From: Candidatus Pyrohabitans jungbluthii
GTDB lineage: Archaea; Hydrothermarchaeota; Hydrothermarchaeia; Hydrothermarchaeales; BMS3B
Assembly (NCBI GenBank): GCA_002010065.2
Contig: MTMD02000002.1
Span: 556,740 to 620,739, forward strand
Direction: 5' to 3'
Length of the DNA stretch: 64,000 nt
Part shown: positions 44,164 to 57,467 of the stretch, piece after piece
Numbering within the stretch: the first letter of the stretch is position 1
How the letters are laid out: the number at the start of each line of letters is the position of its first letter
Notes under the pieces: model-generated
What the model saw: only the letters and a program-made list of their open reading frames with translations
Databases searched by the model: none
Told to the model about the DNA's origin: nothing
Translations under genes and position numbers: made by a program

Positions 44164-45765
44164 TCAAATCTTTCTCTTTGCTTTAAGTCTCCTCAACTTA
44201 CCTCTAATTACCTCTTTCTCATAACTTGAATATCTTATCTCTCTCTTTGCAAATTCACTATCAGGCTTAAATATTTCTGTTAGCACGCGCCCATCCATGT
44301 ATTTTGGTATTGGAAGCCCAAACATGTGGAGAATGGTTGGGGCAAGGTCCATAATACTTGCTTTCACCTCTCCATGATTTATCCCTTCTCCAGAGCAAAT
44401 TAGAATGCCATATAAGCTGTGATTACCAGAACGACCTGATTTAACAGTAGAAAAAATCCTTCCCTGTATATAAGTAGAGGGTGTATAACCATTTTTAAGT
44501 AGAAAAACTAAATCTGGAGCATCTGATAGATAAGGTCCTGAATACAGCTCCTCTTTCCTGTATACTTTTTCTACTATAGGATTACCGTTTTCTGGATCAC
44601 GCACTTCTTTTAACTCCTTTTTTATCTGTTCTACAACACTATCATATTCTTCAGGGGTAACTATACCATAAGGTTGGCGGCCTTTAAGGTTTATGAATAT
44701 CCCGCCCCCAAAACCAAAAGAATAAGCTTTTGTTCTTTCCCAGTCACAATTTGAAATTCGAATGAATTTACTGGGCAGTCTCCTCTTTACCACATCTTTT
44801 AGTTTCTGAGGCAATCTATTTTTTATATTTTCCAGACCAAGGCGAAGCATTAAATCTCTTATACCCTCTCTACTAATAATCTTGGTTTTTACCTTTTTTG
44901 ACTTTTTCAATTTGAGCATACCGATTTTAATTAAAAAATCGTTTACATTAAATGTTTTGTAATTGCCTTTCTGGCCATGATCTGACATTATTATAGTTAT
45001 AGTATCCTCGCCCGCTGTTCTGACTATGTTCCCTATGTATTTGTCCAAAGTTTGATAATACTCCTTTATAAAACTGCCATACCTCTCATTTTCTTTGTAA
45101 GCAGGGTGATTCCTATCCATATATTTCCAGAAAAAATGTTGGATTCTGTCTGACTCTGTGAATACAGTCATAAAAAAGTCCCAGTCGTATTTTTTCATAA
45201 GATACTTCGTTGTTCTCCATCGTTTTTCAGTTATTTCCAGTACTTCCTTTATAAACATGTCTTTGTTCTCTGCATCGTTATAAACCGCATCACTCAAATT
45301 TATAGAATAGTTGAAGCGCTTTAACAATTCCTTTTTTAGTTCCTTGGGATATGTAAATTCAACATGCTCTCCAGGCGTAAGAAAACCGCTAACAATAAAA
45401 CCATTTACTCTCTCTACGGGGTATGTTTGTGGAACATTGATTACCCCAACTTTCTTACCATGCTCAGATAGTATTCGCCATAACGTTTTCATTTTCCTGT
45501 CAGCTGTAGTGACAACTTCTATTCCGTCAACATTTCTGCTGTCCTGTCGGAACCTGTAAAAGTCGTATATTCCATGTTTTCCGGGATTAACTCCTGTCAT
45601 AAAGGAACTCCAAGCGGGACCCGAATGAGGTGGAATGGTGGAGTGTAATCTGCCATAGGAGCCACTGTCCATAAGTTTTTTAATATTTGGAAGATATCCT
45701 TCCTTAGCCCATTTGAACACAAAATCTGGTGGTGCTCCATCTATTCCAATTACTAGTATTTTCAT
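44164..45765 (-). CDS. Alkaline-phosphatase-superfamily (type I phosphodiesterase/nucleotide pyrophosphatase-like) enzyme
   Basis: VIGIDGA, STIPPHSGPAWSSFMTGVNPGKHG, SDRIQH, MSDHG, SGNH, DLAPTIL. Confidence 0.88.
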   Translation of the reverse strand: MKILVIGIDGAPPDFVFKWAKEGYLPNIKKLMDSGSYGRLHSTIPPHSGPAWSSFMTGVNPGKHGIYDFYRFRQDSRNVDGIEVVTTADRKMKTLWRILSEHGKKVGVINVPQTYPVERVNGFIVSGFLTPGEHVEFTYPKELKKELLKRFNYSINLSDAVYNDAENKDMFIKEVLEITEKRWRTTKYLMKKYDWDFFMTVFTESDRIQHFFWKYMDRNHPAYKENERYGSFIKEYYQTLDKYIGNIVRTAGEDTITIIMSDHGQKGNYKTFNVNDFLIKIGMLKLKKSKKVKTKIISREGIRDLMLRLGLENIKNRLPQKLKDVVKRRLPSKFIRISNCDWERTKAYSFGFGGGIFINLKGRQPYGIVTPEEYDSVVEQIKKELKEVRDPENGNPIVEKVYRKEELYSGPYLSDAPDLVFLLKNGYTPSTYIQGRIFSTVKSGRSGNHSLYGILICSGEGINHGEVKASIMDLAPTILHMFGLPIPKYMDGRVLTEIFKPDSEFAKREIRYSSYEKEVIRGKLRRLKAKRKI

Positions 45766-45822
45766 GGCTATCCCTCTTTTCGAATTACCATTGCATAGCT
45801 AATTCTACCTACTTTAAGAAAA

Positions 45823-46479
45823 TTATACCATCTGTGCTTCTACTAAATATCCAAATGCGAAGCGACGTTTAGATTCTTTACTTTTTAAATTCAATATTAA
45901 ATCTAAAGTTATACTAATAGTAGCAATTAATAAATTGATTAATCTAAAAAAAATATTATTTGGAAATATGACATTTATCATCAAAAAAGCAACTGAAAAT
46001 GGGCCCCAACCTACAGGAATCACTTTAACAACGAATCCTTCCTCTTCAAACATTTTTTTTAGTGCCATATCAGTAAATCTGTGGAAGTCCTGTGGGTCTG
46101 CGTGAAAAGGATACAAAAATGGTACATATGCATAAAATTTGCCATCCTTTTTTAAAACTCTCTTAACTTCCTTAATGACTTTTTTAGTGTTATATATATG
46201 CTCTAAAACTCTAAAAGCAACACATACATCAAATGATTCATTTTTAAAAGGCAGGAAACCTTCAGCGGTTCCAATAACATTTGGTCTTTTCTTGTTAACA
46301 ATGTTCAATGATACTATTTCTAAATTAGAAAAATTTTCAAACTTCCTATAATATATATCCCTGCCGGAGCCAATATCAAGTACTCTTCCTTTAATTCTAA
46401 GACGTTTTATGGTAAGGTCTGAAGCTATTCTAGACAAACTCCTATTATTTCTAATTATCTCTATTAGTATAGAGTCCAT
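45823..46479 (-). CDS. Class I SAM-dependent methyltransferase
   Basis: VLDIGSG, LPFKNESFD, VLEHI, PFLYPFHADPQDFHRFT; start refined to ATG 46479. Confidence 0.85.
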   Translation of the reverse strand: MDSILIEIIRNNRSLSRIASDLTIKRLRIKGRVLDIGSGRDIYYRKFENFSNLEIVSLNIVNKKRPNVIGTAEGFLPFKNESFDVCVAFRVLEHIYNTKKVIKEVKRVLKKDGKFYAYVPFLYPFHADPQDFHRFTDMALKKMFEEEGFVVKVIPVGWGPFSVAFLMINVIFPNNIFFRLINLLIATISITLDLILNLKSKESKRRFAFGYLVEAQMV

Positions 46480-47821
46480 GCAATCTTCTCCTAATGTTAT
46501 CGTATATCTCTCTAATAATTTTTTTGTCATATTCATCTATTTTGAAAATCTCTCTCCAAGATATACACATATTTGGCTCGAGTCTTATTAGAAACCTATA
46601 CTGCAAGACTGCAATAAATATAGTGTATAACACCCAACTTAAAGCTGAGCCAATTAAACCAAATAAATACGTTAGCACTGAGAATACTGCCACATAAAAA
46701 GGAAGAGAATAAAACAACACAGAAAATATATATCTCTGACCGCGAAGAGCGTAAAGAGAGGGGGTTACTACAACAAAAAGAGGTGACAACAAAAGGACCA
46801 AAAGAAGTATTCTCACCAAATTAACAGCTTCCATGTATTCTTTGAATGCAAGTTTGAAAAATAGTGGCATTAAGATAAATGAAATAAGGGAAATAATAAA
46901 AGATAGAATGCCAGTATATTTCATTCCCCTCATAGCAACCATGTGTATTCTACTTCTATCTCTAGCCGAGACTTCAGAAAGCACAGGAAAGAGCACTTTA
47001 TTTAGTGGCATCAAAAGCCCTCTTAAAAATGAAATCACTTTCAATGCTACTGAAAAAACTGCAACCATTTCTACTCCAAGGAAATACTGTATAATCCAAA
47101 CAGGCATCTCAGCACGTACTTTTTTCAAAGGCACATTCGCTACTACAAACTTACCATGTGCTTTGTATATCCTCAATATTATCCCTTTCACTTCATGACT
47201 TGTAGGCAAAGATTGGATTATATTCAGGAAGTAGGGCGAGAATATCATCACAGCTATAAGCATAGAAATAGGATATATTGCAATAGCAATGAGCACACCT
47301 CCTCCTAGATATAACACTAAAAAAGCAAGTACGCATTTTGCTACACCATTTAATATCTCCCTACCTTGATGGAGCTTAAACTTTGTGAAACCATAAAATG
47401 TTACTGAGAAGATATTATCTATTGCCTTTATAGCCACCATAAATGAAACAATCCATAGTAAGTTCGTAACTTCCTTGCTGTAATTGTTTTTAATCAAAAA
47501 GCTTATGATAAAGAGCACCAATGATATTGTTACTCCCAATAAAATTTGCAAAATTGCGAATTCTCTTATAATAGATTTAGCAATTTCTGGATTTTCCTTC
47601 CTGTATCTGGCAATTTCCGATGGAATCAACACAAGACTTCCCAAATCAAGAAAAATTGTCGAAATAGTAAAGACAGAAAGAGCAAGGGTTAATAATCCAT
47701 ATTCGAACTTCCCAAGTGCCTTTATGAGGAAGAATGCTGTTAGAAAACCTAGAAAATTATTCAAGAAGTTTCCAATGGTATATACCGCCGTGCCTTCTGC
47801 GATTTTTCTTGTTAAGGACAA
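46451..47821 (-). CDS. Oligosaccharide flippase (Wzx/AglR-like)
   Basis: About 12 TM helices; LGKFEYGL..LA, FLDLG and LFPVLS patterns of MOP/PST exporters. Confidence 0.85.
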   Translation of the reverse strand: MSLTRKIAEGTAVYTIGNFLNNFLGFLTAFFLIKALGKFEYGLLTLALSVFTISTIFLDLGSLVLIPSEIARYRKENPEIAKSIIREFAILQILLGVTISLVLFIISFLIKNNYSKEVTNLLWIVSFMVAIKAIDNIFSVTFYGFTKFKLHQGREILNGVAKCVLAFLVLYLGGGVLIAIAIYPISMLIAVMIFSPYFLNIIQSLPTSHEVKGIILRIYKAHGKFVVANVPLKKVRAEMPVWIIQYFLGVEMVAVFSVALKVISFLRGLLMPLNKVLFPVLSEVSARDRSRIHMVAMRGMKYTGILSFIISLISFILMPLFFKLAFKEYMEAVNLVRILLLVLLLSPLFVVVTPSLYALRGQRYIFSVLFYSLPFYVAVFSVLTYLFGLIGSALSWVLYTIFIAVLQYRFLIRLEPNMCISWREIFKIDEYDKKIIREIYDNIRRRLHGLYTNRDN

Positions 47822-47849
47822 CTATAACCACCTATATTTCATTTTTAGT

Positions 47850-48536
47850 CTATCTTATTTTCTTTCCCTTATAATAAAATGTTGAAGCTAAATGCCAGAA
47901 TCTTTCGTTTTTTATGAAAAAACGATCCAGAGGTTTCATTAAACTAAAAGGTAATGAGACAATCAATAAGACGATATTATAGACTATTCGATTAGAGAAA
48001 AAAGAAGCAAAAAATCGTGGTATAATCTTTCCTAATGTGACTATGGGCCCAGAAGCCACTCCGAGTTCTATAGTTTTGAATTTCTCATTGAAAAACTCCG
48101 AAACCCCCTGATGAGAGAACCTATATAAATCATATGGATGAGGATGAAATGGTTGTAAGAAGGGGACTTCACAATATAAAATTCCCCCATTTTTCAAAAC
48201 TCGATATATTTCCTCAGATGCCTGCCAAGGTTTTCTAATATGTTCAAGCACTGAAGTAAAAATAATGAAATCAAAAGTTTCATATTTAAAAGGTAAATAA
48301 TGAATATCCGCCACAATATCCGGAGATGCCTCAGGCTCTATGTCTACTCTAACAATGTTATTTCCATATTTCCTTTTTCCTGCTCCAATATCTAAACCAC
48401 AGCCTAGGTTAATTAACTCACCAATTTTCTTTTCTCTTACCCAATTAGTAGATGTTTTGAAAAAAAAGCTATAAAATTTACTCTTAAAAAAACTTTCAGA
48501 AATTTTGTATACAATATAGTGTAAAAACTTCTTCAT
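47850..48536 (-). CDS. Class I SAM-dependent methyltransferase
   Basis: LDIGAG, DIVADIHYLPF, VLEHI, VPFLQPFHPHPYDLYRFS; paralogous to 45823-46479. Confidence 0.85.
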   Translation of the reverse strand: MKKFLHYIVYKISESFFKSKFYSFFFKTSTNWVREKKIGELINLGCGLDIGAGKRKYGNNIVRVDIEPEASPDIVADIHYLPFKYETFDFIIFTSVLEHIRKPWQASEEIYRVLKNGGILYCEVPFLQPFHPHPYDLYRFSHQGVSEFFNEKFKTIELGVASGPIVTLGKIIPRFFASFFSNRIVYNIVLLIVSLPFSLMKPLDRFFIKNERFWHLASTFYYKGKKIR

Positions 48537-48571
48537 TTTATCACCTTTAACTTAAAGATCATATTCATCGG

Positions 48572-49491
48572 TTAGTCTATATATCCAAGAGCTTTAAGCC
48601 TTTCTATTATTTTTTCCTTTTCCTCTTCAGATAGCTCTTCTTCTTTCTCTATTACGCTCTCTTCTTCTTTTTTCCCTATCCATGCCAGTATTAAATCATG
48701 GAAGTCAGTTATATGTGGCATGCCAATATTCAATTTCTTATTAAGCGAGTAAAAGGCATTCTCATTATGCTTATATATGCTATTTTTATCTGGAACTCCA
48801 TGGTCAGACATGAAGAGTATTATATCGAATTTTTCTCTAGCCTTTATTTTAATTTTTCTTGCAAGTTCATCCATTTCTTCATACAATTCCCTTATCTTTT
48901 TTTCATTATACTCTCCAGATCTAGCTTCAGTACCAAAAAGGTGCTGATACACATCTGGCTTCTGAAAATGGGCCATCAACAAATCATATCCTTTATCAAT
49001 TTCAGTCCATAACTCACTTTTTACCCAAACAAATTCCATCTCTGTTAATTTGATTACGTCAGATATAGATCCATAGAGTTGCAGAGGTTTGAAGTATTCG
49101 CCAAACAAAGGACTCGTAGTATAAGACGGAACATTTATGGCCTTAGAATTTCTTATCTTATCAAATAAAGTTTGCATAGTGACTTTCTGTGGTATTCTTT
49201 CAATGCCCAGAAATCTGTATATACCCCACCTCAGTCTCTTAAACCGATTCAAAGGACCAAGTTTTTCAATGAGACTCTCTAACCTTTCAATGTACCTATT
49301 ATTCCATACTTTCATTTTTTGAAGACCATGAGTATCTGAAGTTTCTCCGGTTAAGAAAGAAGCAAATAACTCTGGGGTTATAATATTTTTAATGTTAGTA
49401 TGGTTATCTATCCTGCCGAATTCTTTTTGCATTATATTTTTGCAATTATACTCCTTAATGAGTTCATAATCTAGTCCATCAAAGCTAATTA

Positions 49492-49507
<16 letters not shown>
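48572..49507 (-). CDS. Short alkaline-phosphatase-superfamily protein with RLxxLGY tail
   Basis: IISFDGLD, ITPELFASFLTG, PDVYQH, MSDHG; tail EEEKEKIIERLKALGYID. Confidence 0.8.
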
Positions 49508-51692
<2,185 letters not shown>

Positions 51693-51700
<8 letters not shown>

Positions 51701-52799
51701 TTTTAATCCCCAGATATATCCTACTAAGTCTGTCTCCTATTACTCTATCAGAAAGATTTTTCTCTGCGAATTTACGTGCATTTTCTCCTTGTTCTATTAA
51801 TTTTTGTGGTTGTTTTTTATAAAGTGAAAAATAATACAGTATAGATTGAGCTAGTAATTCTGCATTTCCCGGTTCGATTACAGTCCCACACATAGCTTTT
51901 TCTATTATTATCCTTACATCGTTGACATCAGTTGCAATTACTGGCCTACCTACAGCAAGATACGCAGAGAGCTTTTGTGGATATTGTAAATTTGCGACAG
52001 GTTCCCCTATTCTTGTAGAAAGTAGTATATCACAATCTGCAATTTCTATAAAATACCTCAAATCATCAACTTTTCCAAGAAATTTGATATTTTTTTTATC
52101 AGAATATTTATTCTTGGGCACTCCAATAATATTAAACTGAATATCTTTATATTTTTCCAACAATTCTGCAGCTTTTAGAATAATATCGAATCCTTGCCAA
52201 AAAGAATCATTTCCACCATAACCGACAATGAATTTTTCTTTTATTTTTGGTTTTTTATATGGTATAATATCAAGATTTATAGGACCCCACATAACATGAA
52301 CCTTATCATCAACAGCCCCATAATGTGATACTACAAATTCTTTCATTGGATAGGACATTACAATAATCTCGTCTGAGAATTTACATCCTATTTTATCTAG
52401 TAGAGTATAAAATAACCTTCGTATAAAGTTTGTGTTATGTAGCTCAAATTCAGATATTCCATGCATTTCAAAAATTATTTTTGTTTTTTTATTAAAAAGG
52501 AATTTGTAAATTAATGCAGGTAAAACAGCAGTTGTAGTAAAGCAATGTATTGCGATTGGTTGTTTTTTTTGTGAAAATAATGTCTTAATTATAGATAACC
52601 ATAAGAAAAATGTCTTAAATGGCAGATATTTTGGCACATATATGTTTAGATTGACGTTATTTTCGTCGAAATCTCCCATTGACAACACTAAAACCTCAAA
52701 TCTCTCAGATATCCTTTTAATTATTGTTTTTGCCCTATATGGGGTTCCTCTTTTCCAGTTAAGGTCAAATGGACAAATAAATACAATTTTATTATTCAT
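51693..52799 (-). CDS. Glycosyltransferase family 4
   Basis: GT-B C-terminal motif [19 protein letters not shown]. Confidence 0.85.
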
Positions 52800-53833
52800 C
52801 TCCTCACGCTCTCAAAAATCCTAACCAAATTTTCTACAAGATTTTCAACGCTATGATTTTTAACAATAATTTCCCTTAGCCTTTTCCTTAGCTCTTTTTC
52901 CTCATTTTCCATAAAATACTCAATTTTTTCTGCAAGTTCTCTGTAATTTTCTTTTTCAAAGTAGCATTTTTCTTTCATTTCCTCATCAAAAATCTCCAGA
53001 AAAGCTTCATTGCAGACTATAACTGGTAATGAACATGACATCGCCTCAAGTGTAGTTTTATCCAGGCTGCCAGTGGTACTGGCACTGGCATAGATATAAG
53101 CATCTTTATAAATCTTTTCAACCTTGGAAAAGGGTATTGCTCCAAGAAAAACAACTTTTTCTTCAAGTTTATATTTTTTGATTAAGTGTATTAACTCCTG
53201 ATAGTAACCATCATCATAAACAGGACCGAGTATTTTCAATCTAATGTCTTTATGTTTCTTATTTACAAGAATATCAACAGCTCTAATAAGAATGTCATAG
53301 CCTTTAATTTTGTCTATCCTACCTACAGAGAGTATCTCAAAATCTCCTCCTACCTTCCTTTCATCAGGCTTAAATTTCTTTGTATCAATCCCTTGCCCGA
53401 TTATATTTTTTTTTGGTGTATCTATATTAAAACCCCGCTCAGATGAAGTAACTACTCTGTCAACCAGGTTTGCAGCCAGTTTTTTCTTAAAATCCACATG
53501 CCCATGAGCATTAAACATAATCAACGGCTTTCTGAATACCTTTGCATAAGGTGCAGCTGCAATAGGAAGCCAGGGGTACATGTGGGTAAATACCACATCA
53601 ACCTTAGGCGTGAGGCTGAGAAGAAATCTGTTCAACTTAAGGAATTTTATTGGTTGATATTTAGAGTAAGCAGAGTAAAGATTTACATTTTCTCTTAAAT
53701 CCGTTTTACCAACTTTGAACGTTATAACATCCAGACGCTCTACTCGTTTAGAGAGTTCATCCACCCAGCTATGGATGAACCCGAAAACGTCGTGTTCCAT
53801 ATCTACCCGGGGGGTAATCATCAGTACCTTCAT
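52796..53833 (-). CDS. Glycosyltransferase family 4
   Basis: SVGRIDKIKG, GSLDKTTLEAMSCSLPVI. Confidence 0.88.
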   Translation of the reverse strand: MKVLMITPRVDMEHDVFGFIHSWVDELSKRVERLDVITFKVGKTDLRENVNLYSAYSKYQPIKFLKLNRFLLSLTPKVDVVFTHMYPWLPIAAAPYAKVFRKPLIMFNAHGHVDFKKKLAANLVDRVVTSSERGFNIDTPKKNIIGQGIDTKKFKPDERKVGGDFEILSVGRIDKIKGYDILIRAVDILVNKKHKDIRLKILGPVYDDGYYQELIHLIKKYKLEEKVVFLGAIPFSKVEKIYKDAYIYASASTTGSLDKTTLEAMSCSLPVIVCNEAFLEIFDEEMKEKCYFEKENYRELAEKIEYFMENEEKELRKRLREIIVKNHSVENLVENLVRIFESVRR

Positions 53834-55317
53834 AGATTCTTCCTCTTGATTATTTTCCTTATTCTTTCACGTTCTCTACCATACTTTCTGGTATCCTCAC
53901 GTATGCAGGGTAGTATTTTACCATCCATATCGCCTGAGTAAGGGACGCCGAAGAGGGAGAGTATGGTTGGAGCCAGGTCGAGGATGGATACCTCTTTTAT
54001 TTCTCTAATAATTACATCTGGTCCACATGCAGCAAAAATGCCATAACGCCTGTTTTCGGCGCGCCAACCAGAAGTAGATTCGAAAATACTTTCGTTGCCC
54101 ACACCACCTCTTATATGCGTGCCGGGAGCCTGATCTATTATTATGTCTGGAGCCTCAGATAAGTAACTCCCGGAATAAATTTCTTCCTTAGTGTAAACTT
54201 TTGAAGCCACTCTTTTACCGGTAGTGGGGTTCACCAAGCTCTCTAACTTCCGAATTAATTCGTTCACCAGCTCTCCTTTTTTATCATTTTCCACATTAAG
54301 ATACACCGGCCCTTGTCCGCTGGCAATCGCCACGGTATTATCCCAGTCCACCATCGGAGCTTTGCCTTCCCTCTCTACGGTTCCCGAGTCTGTGGGGAGT
54401 GATGCGACAACCGATTTAGGGATTATTTTTTTTATTATTTGTAACATTCTGAGCGTTTGAGCTAAACGCCACATATTTTGCTTTGTGATTCCCAAACTAT
54501 GAAGCAATTTAGTTGTGTACATTCTTTTTAATTTCAAATATCCTTCTTTTTCCAACCATGAGTTTATATAGAAGACCTGCTCAATCTCATTTGTGCCATG
54601 GTCTGACATGAGAAATATGTTGGTATCGCTGCCAAGAAATTTACCTATGTTTTTATCTATAATTTGCCACCCCTTTTCCACGTATTCATTATTCCAGAAA
54701 TAATGCTGCAGGGTATTTATGTAAAAAACGGTTAAATGTAGAAAATCTGGCTGGTATTCCTCTATAAGCATTTGTGCTGCGTCAAATCTGCTTTGAATTA
54801 GTTGGTATATTTCCTCTACTGCTTTTTCTTCATCTGTTTTTATATGATTTAGCCACCTCGCATTTACTCTGTAATTAAACTCTCTTTTCAATCGTGATTC
54901 TATCTCTTTAGGATAGGTGTAATCCTTTTCTCCTGCATCTGGGCCGCCGGAAACCATAAAGCCCCTTACCTTCTTTGGGGGATATGTGAGGGGCATGTTT
55001 ATAACCCCAACTGTATAACCATTCTCCCCTAAATAATCCCAGATTTCTTTATGTTTATATATCCGCTCCCTGGGGAAGTACACCCTCTTCTTCTTCAAAT
55101 CTATATTTTCCCACCAGAAGATTCCCAGCTTGCCGGGGTTCTTTCCGGTAGAATAACACTTCCAGTTGGGAGATGTCACAGGCGGCAAGCAACTCTCCAT
55201 ATCCGAGTGCACGCCCTCACGAAGAATTCTCTCAATATTGGGAAGCTTCCCCTTTTCTATCAGTGGTTTTAAAAGATTAAAGGATGCTCCATCAAGCCCA
55301 AAGACAATAGCACGCAT
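53830..55317 (-). CDS. Alkaline-phosphatase-superfamily (phosphodiesterase-like) enzyme
   Basis: VFGLDGA, SCLPPVTSPNW..STGKNPGKLG, LQH, MSDHG, DLAPTIL. Confidence 0.88.
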   Translation of the reverse strand: MRAIVFGLDGASFNLLKPLIEKGKLPNIERILREGVHSDMESCLPPVTSPNWKCYSTGKNPGKLGIFWWENIDLKKKRVYFPRERIYKHKEIWDYLGENGYTVGVINMPLTYPPKKVRGFMVSGGPDAGEKDYTYPKEIESRLKREFNYRVNARWLNHIKTDEEKAVEEIYQLIQSRFDAAQMLIEEYQPDFLHLTVFYINTLQHYFWNNEYVEKGWQIIDKNIGKFLGSDTNIFLMSDHGTNEIEQVFYINSWLEKEGYLKLKRMYTTKLLHSLGITKQNMWRLAQTLRMLQIIKKIIPKSVVASLPTDSGTVEREGKAPMVDWDNTVAIASGQGPVYLNVENDKKGELVNELIRKLESLVNPTTGKRVASKVYTKEEIYSGSYLSEAPDIIIDQAPGTHIRGGVGNESIFESTSGWRAENRRYGIFAACGPDVIIREIKEVSILDLAPTILSLFGVPYSGDMDGKILPCIREDTRKYGRERERIRKIIKRKNL

Positions 55318-55329
55318 GCTGCGACTCTC

Positions 55330-56286
55330 CTAAAGTTTACCGAATAGCTTATATCTAAGTATATGGAGATTGGATATCACATATCTGTTAAAAAAATCAT
55401 AACGTCTAAAGCTATACCACGGATAGACTTTTAGAGCGTTATGGGGTAGGTCTAAGAAATATGGCTGGTACTTATTTTTCTCCCAGAGCTCCCCCGCTTC
55501 ACTTACAGTTAGGGTCTTGTACTCATATTTAGATAAGCATTTCATAAAATGTTCTCTTCTTTTAGCCTCCCACTCTCTAATCTTTCCACTCGGTGTGAGA
55601 GGTTTCCATGAATGAGTGGTGAAATATACAATGACCGGTTCTTTAATTTCCTGAGCTTTAGCTGCTAATGTCTTTATGCCTTTTTCAATTAATACATCCT
55701 CATACCTATTTTTTTTATGAATTCCTATCCCAAGTCTTATGTCTGTAACCGGAATAACAAGCACGCTTGCGCTGCCGGGTTTGGTGATATCACTGTAGCT
55801 CGGGTGATATGGAGAATCCGGGATATTATAAAACTTCTTATTCCCGATTGTTATTCCCTTGAGAGGCGAAGCATCAAATTTTATCCCAAGCTCTTCAAGA
55901 ACCCTTATGGTGTTCTCGTTTGTGAAATACCACCCTGCCCTGAAGGATTCAATATTATATCCCCTTTCTTTTAACCTATTGTAGCCAGACCTTATCTCTT
56001 TTTTGCGCCTCTCATAACTTTCTTCTTTTATGTGGACATGGAGGGAGACCTCTTGACCGTAATCGTCAATCATATCATAGAGCTTGGGGTACCTCTCAAT
56101 AATGCTGAGCTCGGGATTCGCTTGCTCCTGCATATGAAGGGTTGCATGAATGCCGTGCTCATGGAAAAACTCAAGCAAAAGAGGTAGCCCCTTCGTAAGA
56201 CCTAGGTTATTCCTGCTCGCTTCCAATTTATTGTATCTGAGCTGATCGAACTCAACATCCACGTCGGTGATTAGCCAGAGGGTCAT
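55330..56286 (-). CDS. Polysaccharide deacetylase-like (NodB/CE4-type fold) protein
   Basis: TDVDVE, SLHVH, SFRAGW, FDAS, YFTTHSW. Confidence 0.7.
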   Translation of the reverse strand: MTLWLITDVDVEFDQLRYNKLEASRNNLGLTKGLPLLLEFFHEHGIHATLHMQEQANPELSIIERYPKLYDMIDDYGQEVSLHVHIKEESYERRKKEIRSGYNRLKERGYNIESFRAGWYFTNENTIRVLEELGIKFDASPLKGITIGNKKFYNIPDSPYHPSYSDITKPGSASVLVIPVTDIRLGIGIHKKNRYEDVLIEKGIKTLAAKAQEIKEPVIVYFTTHSWKPLTPSGKIREWEAKRREHFMKCLSKYEYKTLTVSEAGELWEKNKYQPYFLDLPHNALKVYPWYSFRRYDFFNRYVISNLHILRYKLFGKL

Positions 56287-57449
56287 TTTCGATTAATCTC
56301 CAGTAGTGTTTCATAAATCTTTCTTTGTAGCATTGCATTGGATTTTATATCTTGAGTTTCAAGTGCAAATTCCTGTGCCTTCCTACCAACTTCAACTCTC
56401 AAAGATGGGTTCTCTATAAGATAACAGAGTTTATCGGCAAGAGCTTTATGGTTCCTTACTGGGACAATAAATCCTGTTTTTTCCTCCTGGATAACATCAT
56501 CGACACCGCTAACCTCAGTTGAAATAACGGGCTTCCCTGCAGCCATGGCTTCTATCAGCACCATAGCTCTACCCTCATGGTCAGAAGGCAAAACAAAAAC
56601 ATCGCAAGCTTTGTAGTAGGCAGGTAGCTTATCATGCTCCACCTGCCCTTCAAAAACAACATTTTCTTCAATTTGTAATTTTTTAGCTAATCGCTCTAAT
56701 TTTTCTCTTTCTGGACCATCACCAACAATTAGAAGGAGTGTTCGCGGGAATTTTTTTATAACAATGGCTGCGGCTTTGAGGAGATTTGGGATGTTCTTTT
56801 CTTTGGCTAATCTACCTACAAAGAGGACTATATTATCGTAATGTGAAAATCTCCGCCTTATCTCCTCTCCACCTCTGGCATCTGAAAATTTTTTCACGTC
56901 TATATATATAGGTAATTTGAATATCCTCCTCTCCTCAATGCCCATGTTCATTATTCTCTTTTTTACCCTTTCGCTCACCACCCTTATACCGTCCGCCCTT
57001 CTCAAAACAAACTTGCCTATAACATTGAGCAGGTAGCGTATCTTCCTCTCTCTGAGCCAGTATTTATTGTCTAGGGAATCGCCATGCACCTGCACAAGGA
57101 GTGGCTTTTTATACTTATATTTGATTGCCAAGCCTACGATTCCACAAAATATTGGATCCTGAGTGGTAATTATATCTATATCTTCATTCCTGCAGATTCT
57201 CGATGCAATTCTATATGCATCCCACGTAAAGAATACTATATTCCGGGATAGAGAGGGAATAACCTCCACTTTGTCGCTTAGCTTTTGATGTCTGTACAAG
57301 GCATTCTCCCTGGGTGTGTAAGTAACACAATAAAGATAATCTAAGTGCTTCCCATACTCCACCAGTCTCTGCTGTAAGTTACCAATATGCTTTCCCTTCT
57401 CAACCGCCGCCGCAGAGGGATCAAGGCTAATCATTAACACTTTCAACAT
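56283..57449 (-). CDS. Glycosyltransferase family 4
   Basis: FVGRLAKEKN, FVLPSDHEGRAMVLIEAMAAGKPVI. Confidence 0.9.
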   Translation of the reverse strand: MLKVLMISLDPSAAAVEKGKHIGNLQQRLVEYGKHLDYLYCVTYTPRENALYRHQKLSDKVEVIPSLSRNIVFFTWDAYRIASRICRNEDIDIITTQDPIFCGIVGLAIKYKYKKPLLVQVHGDSLDNKYWLRERKIRYLLNVIGKFVLRRADGIRVVSERVKKRIMNMGIEERRIFKLPIYIDVKKFSDARGGEEIRRRFSHYDNIVLFVGRLAKEKNIPNLLKAAAIVIKKFPRTLLLIVGDGPEREKLERLAKKLQIEENVVFEGQVEHDKLPAYYKACDVFVLPSDHEGRAMVLIEAMAAGKPVISTEVSGVDDVIQEEKTGFIVPVRNHKALADKLCYLIENPSLRVEVGRKAQEFALETQDIKSNAMLQRKIYETLLEINRK

Positions 57450-57467
57450 TTATCACCTAATATAAAA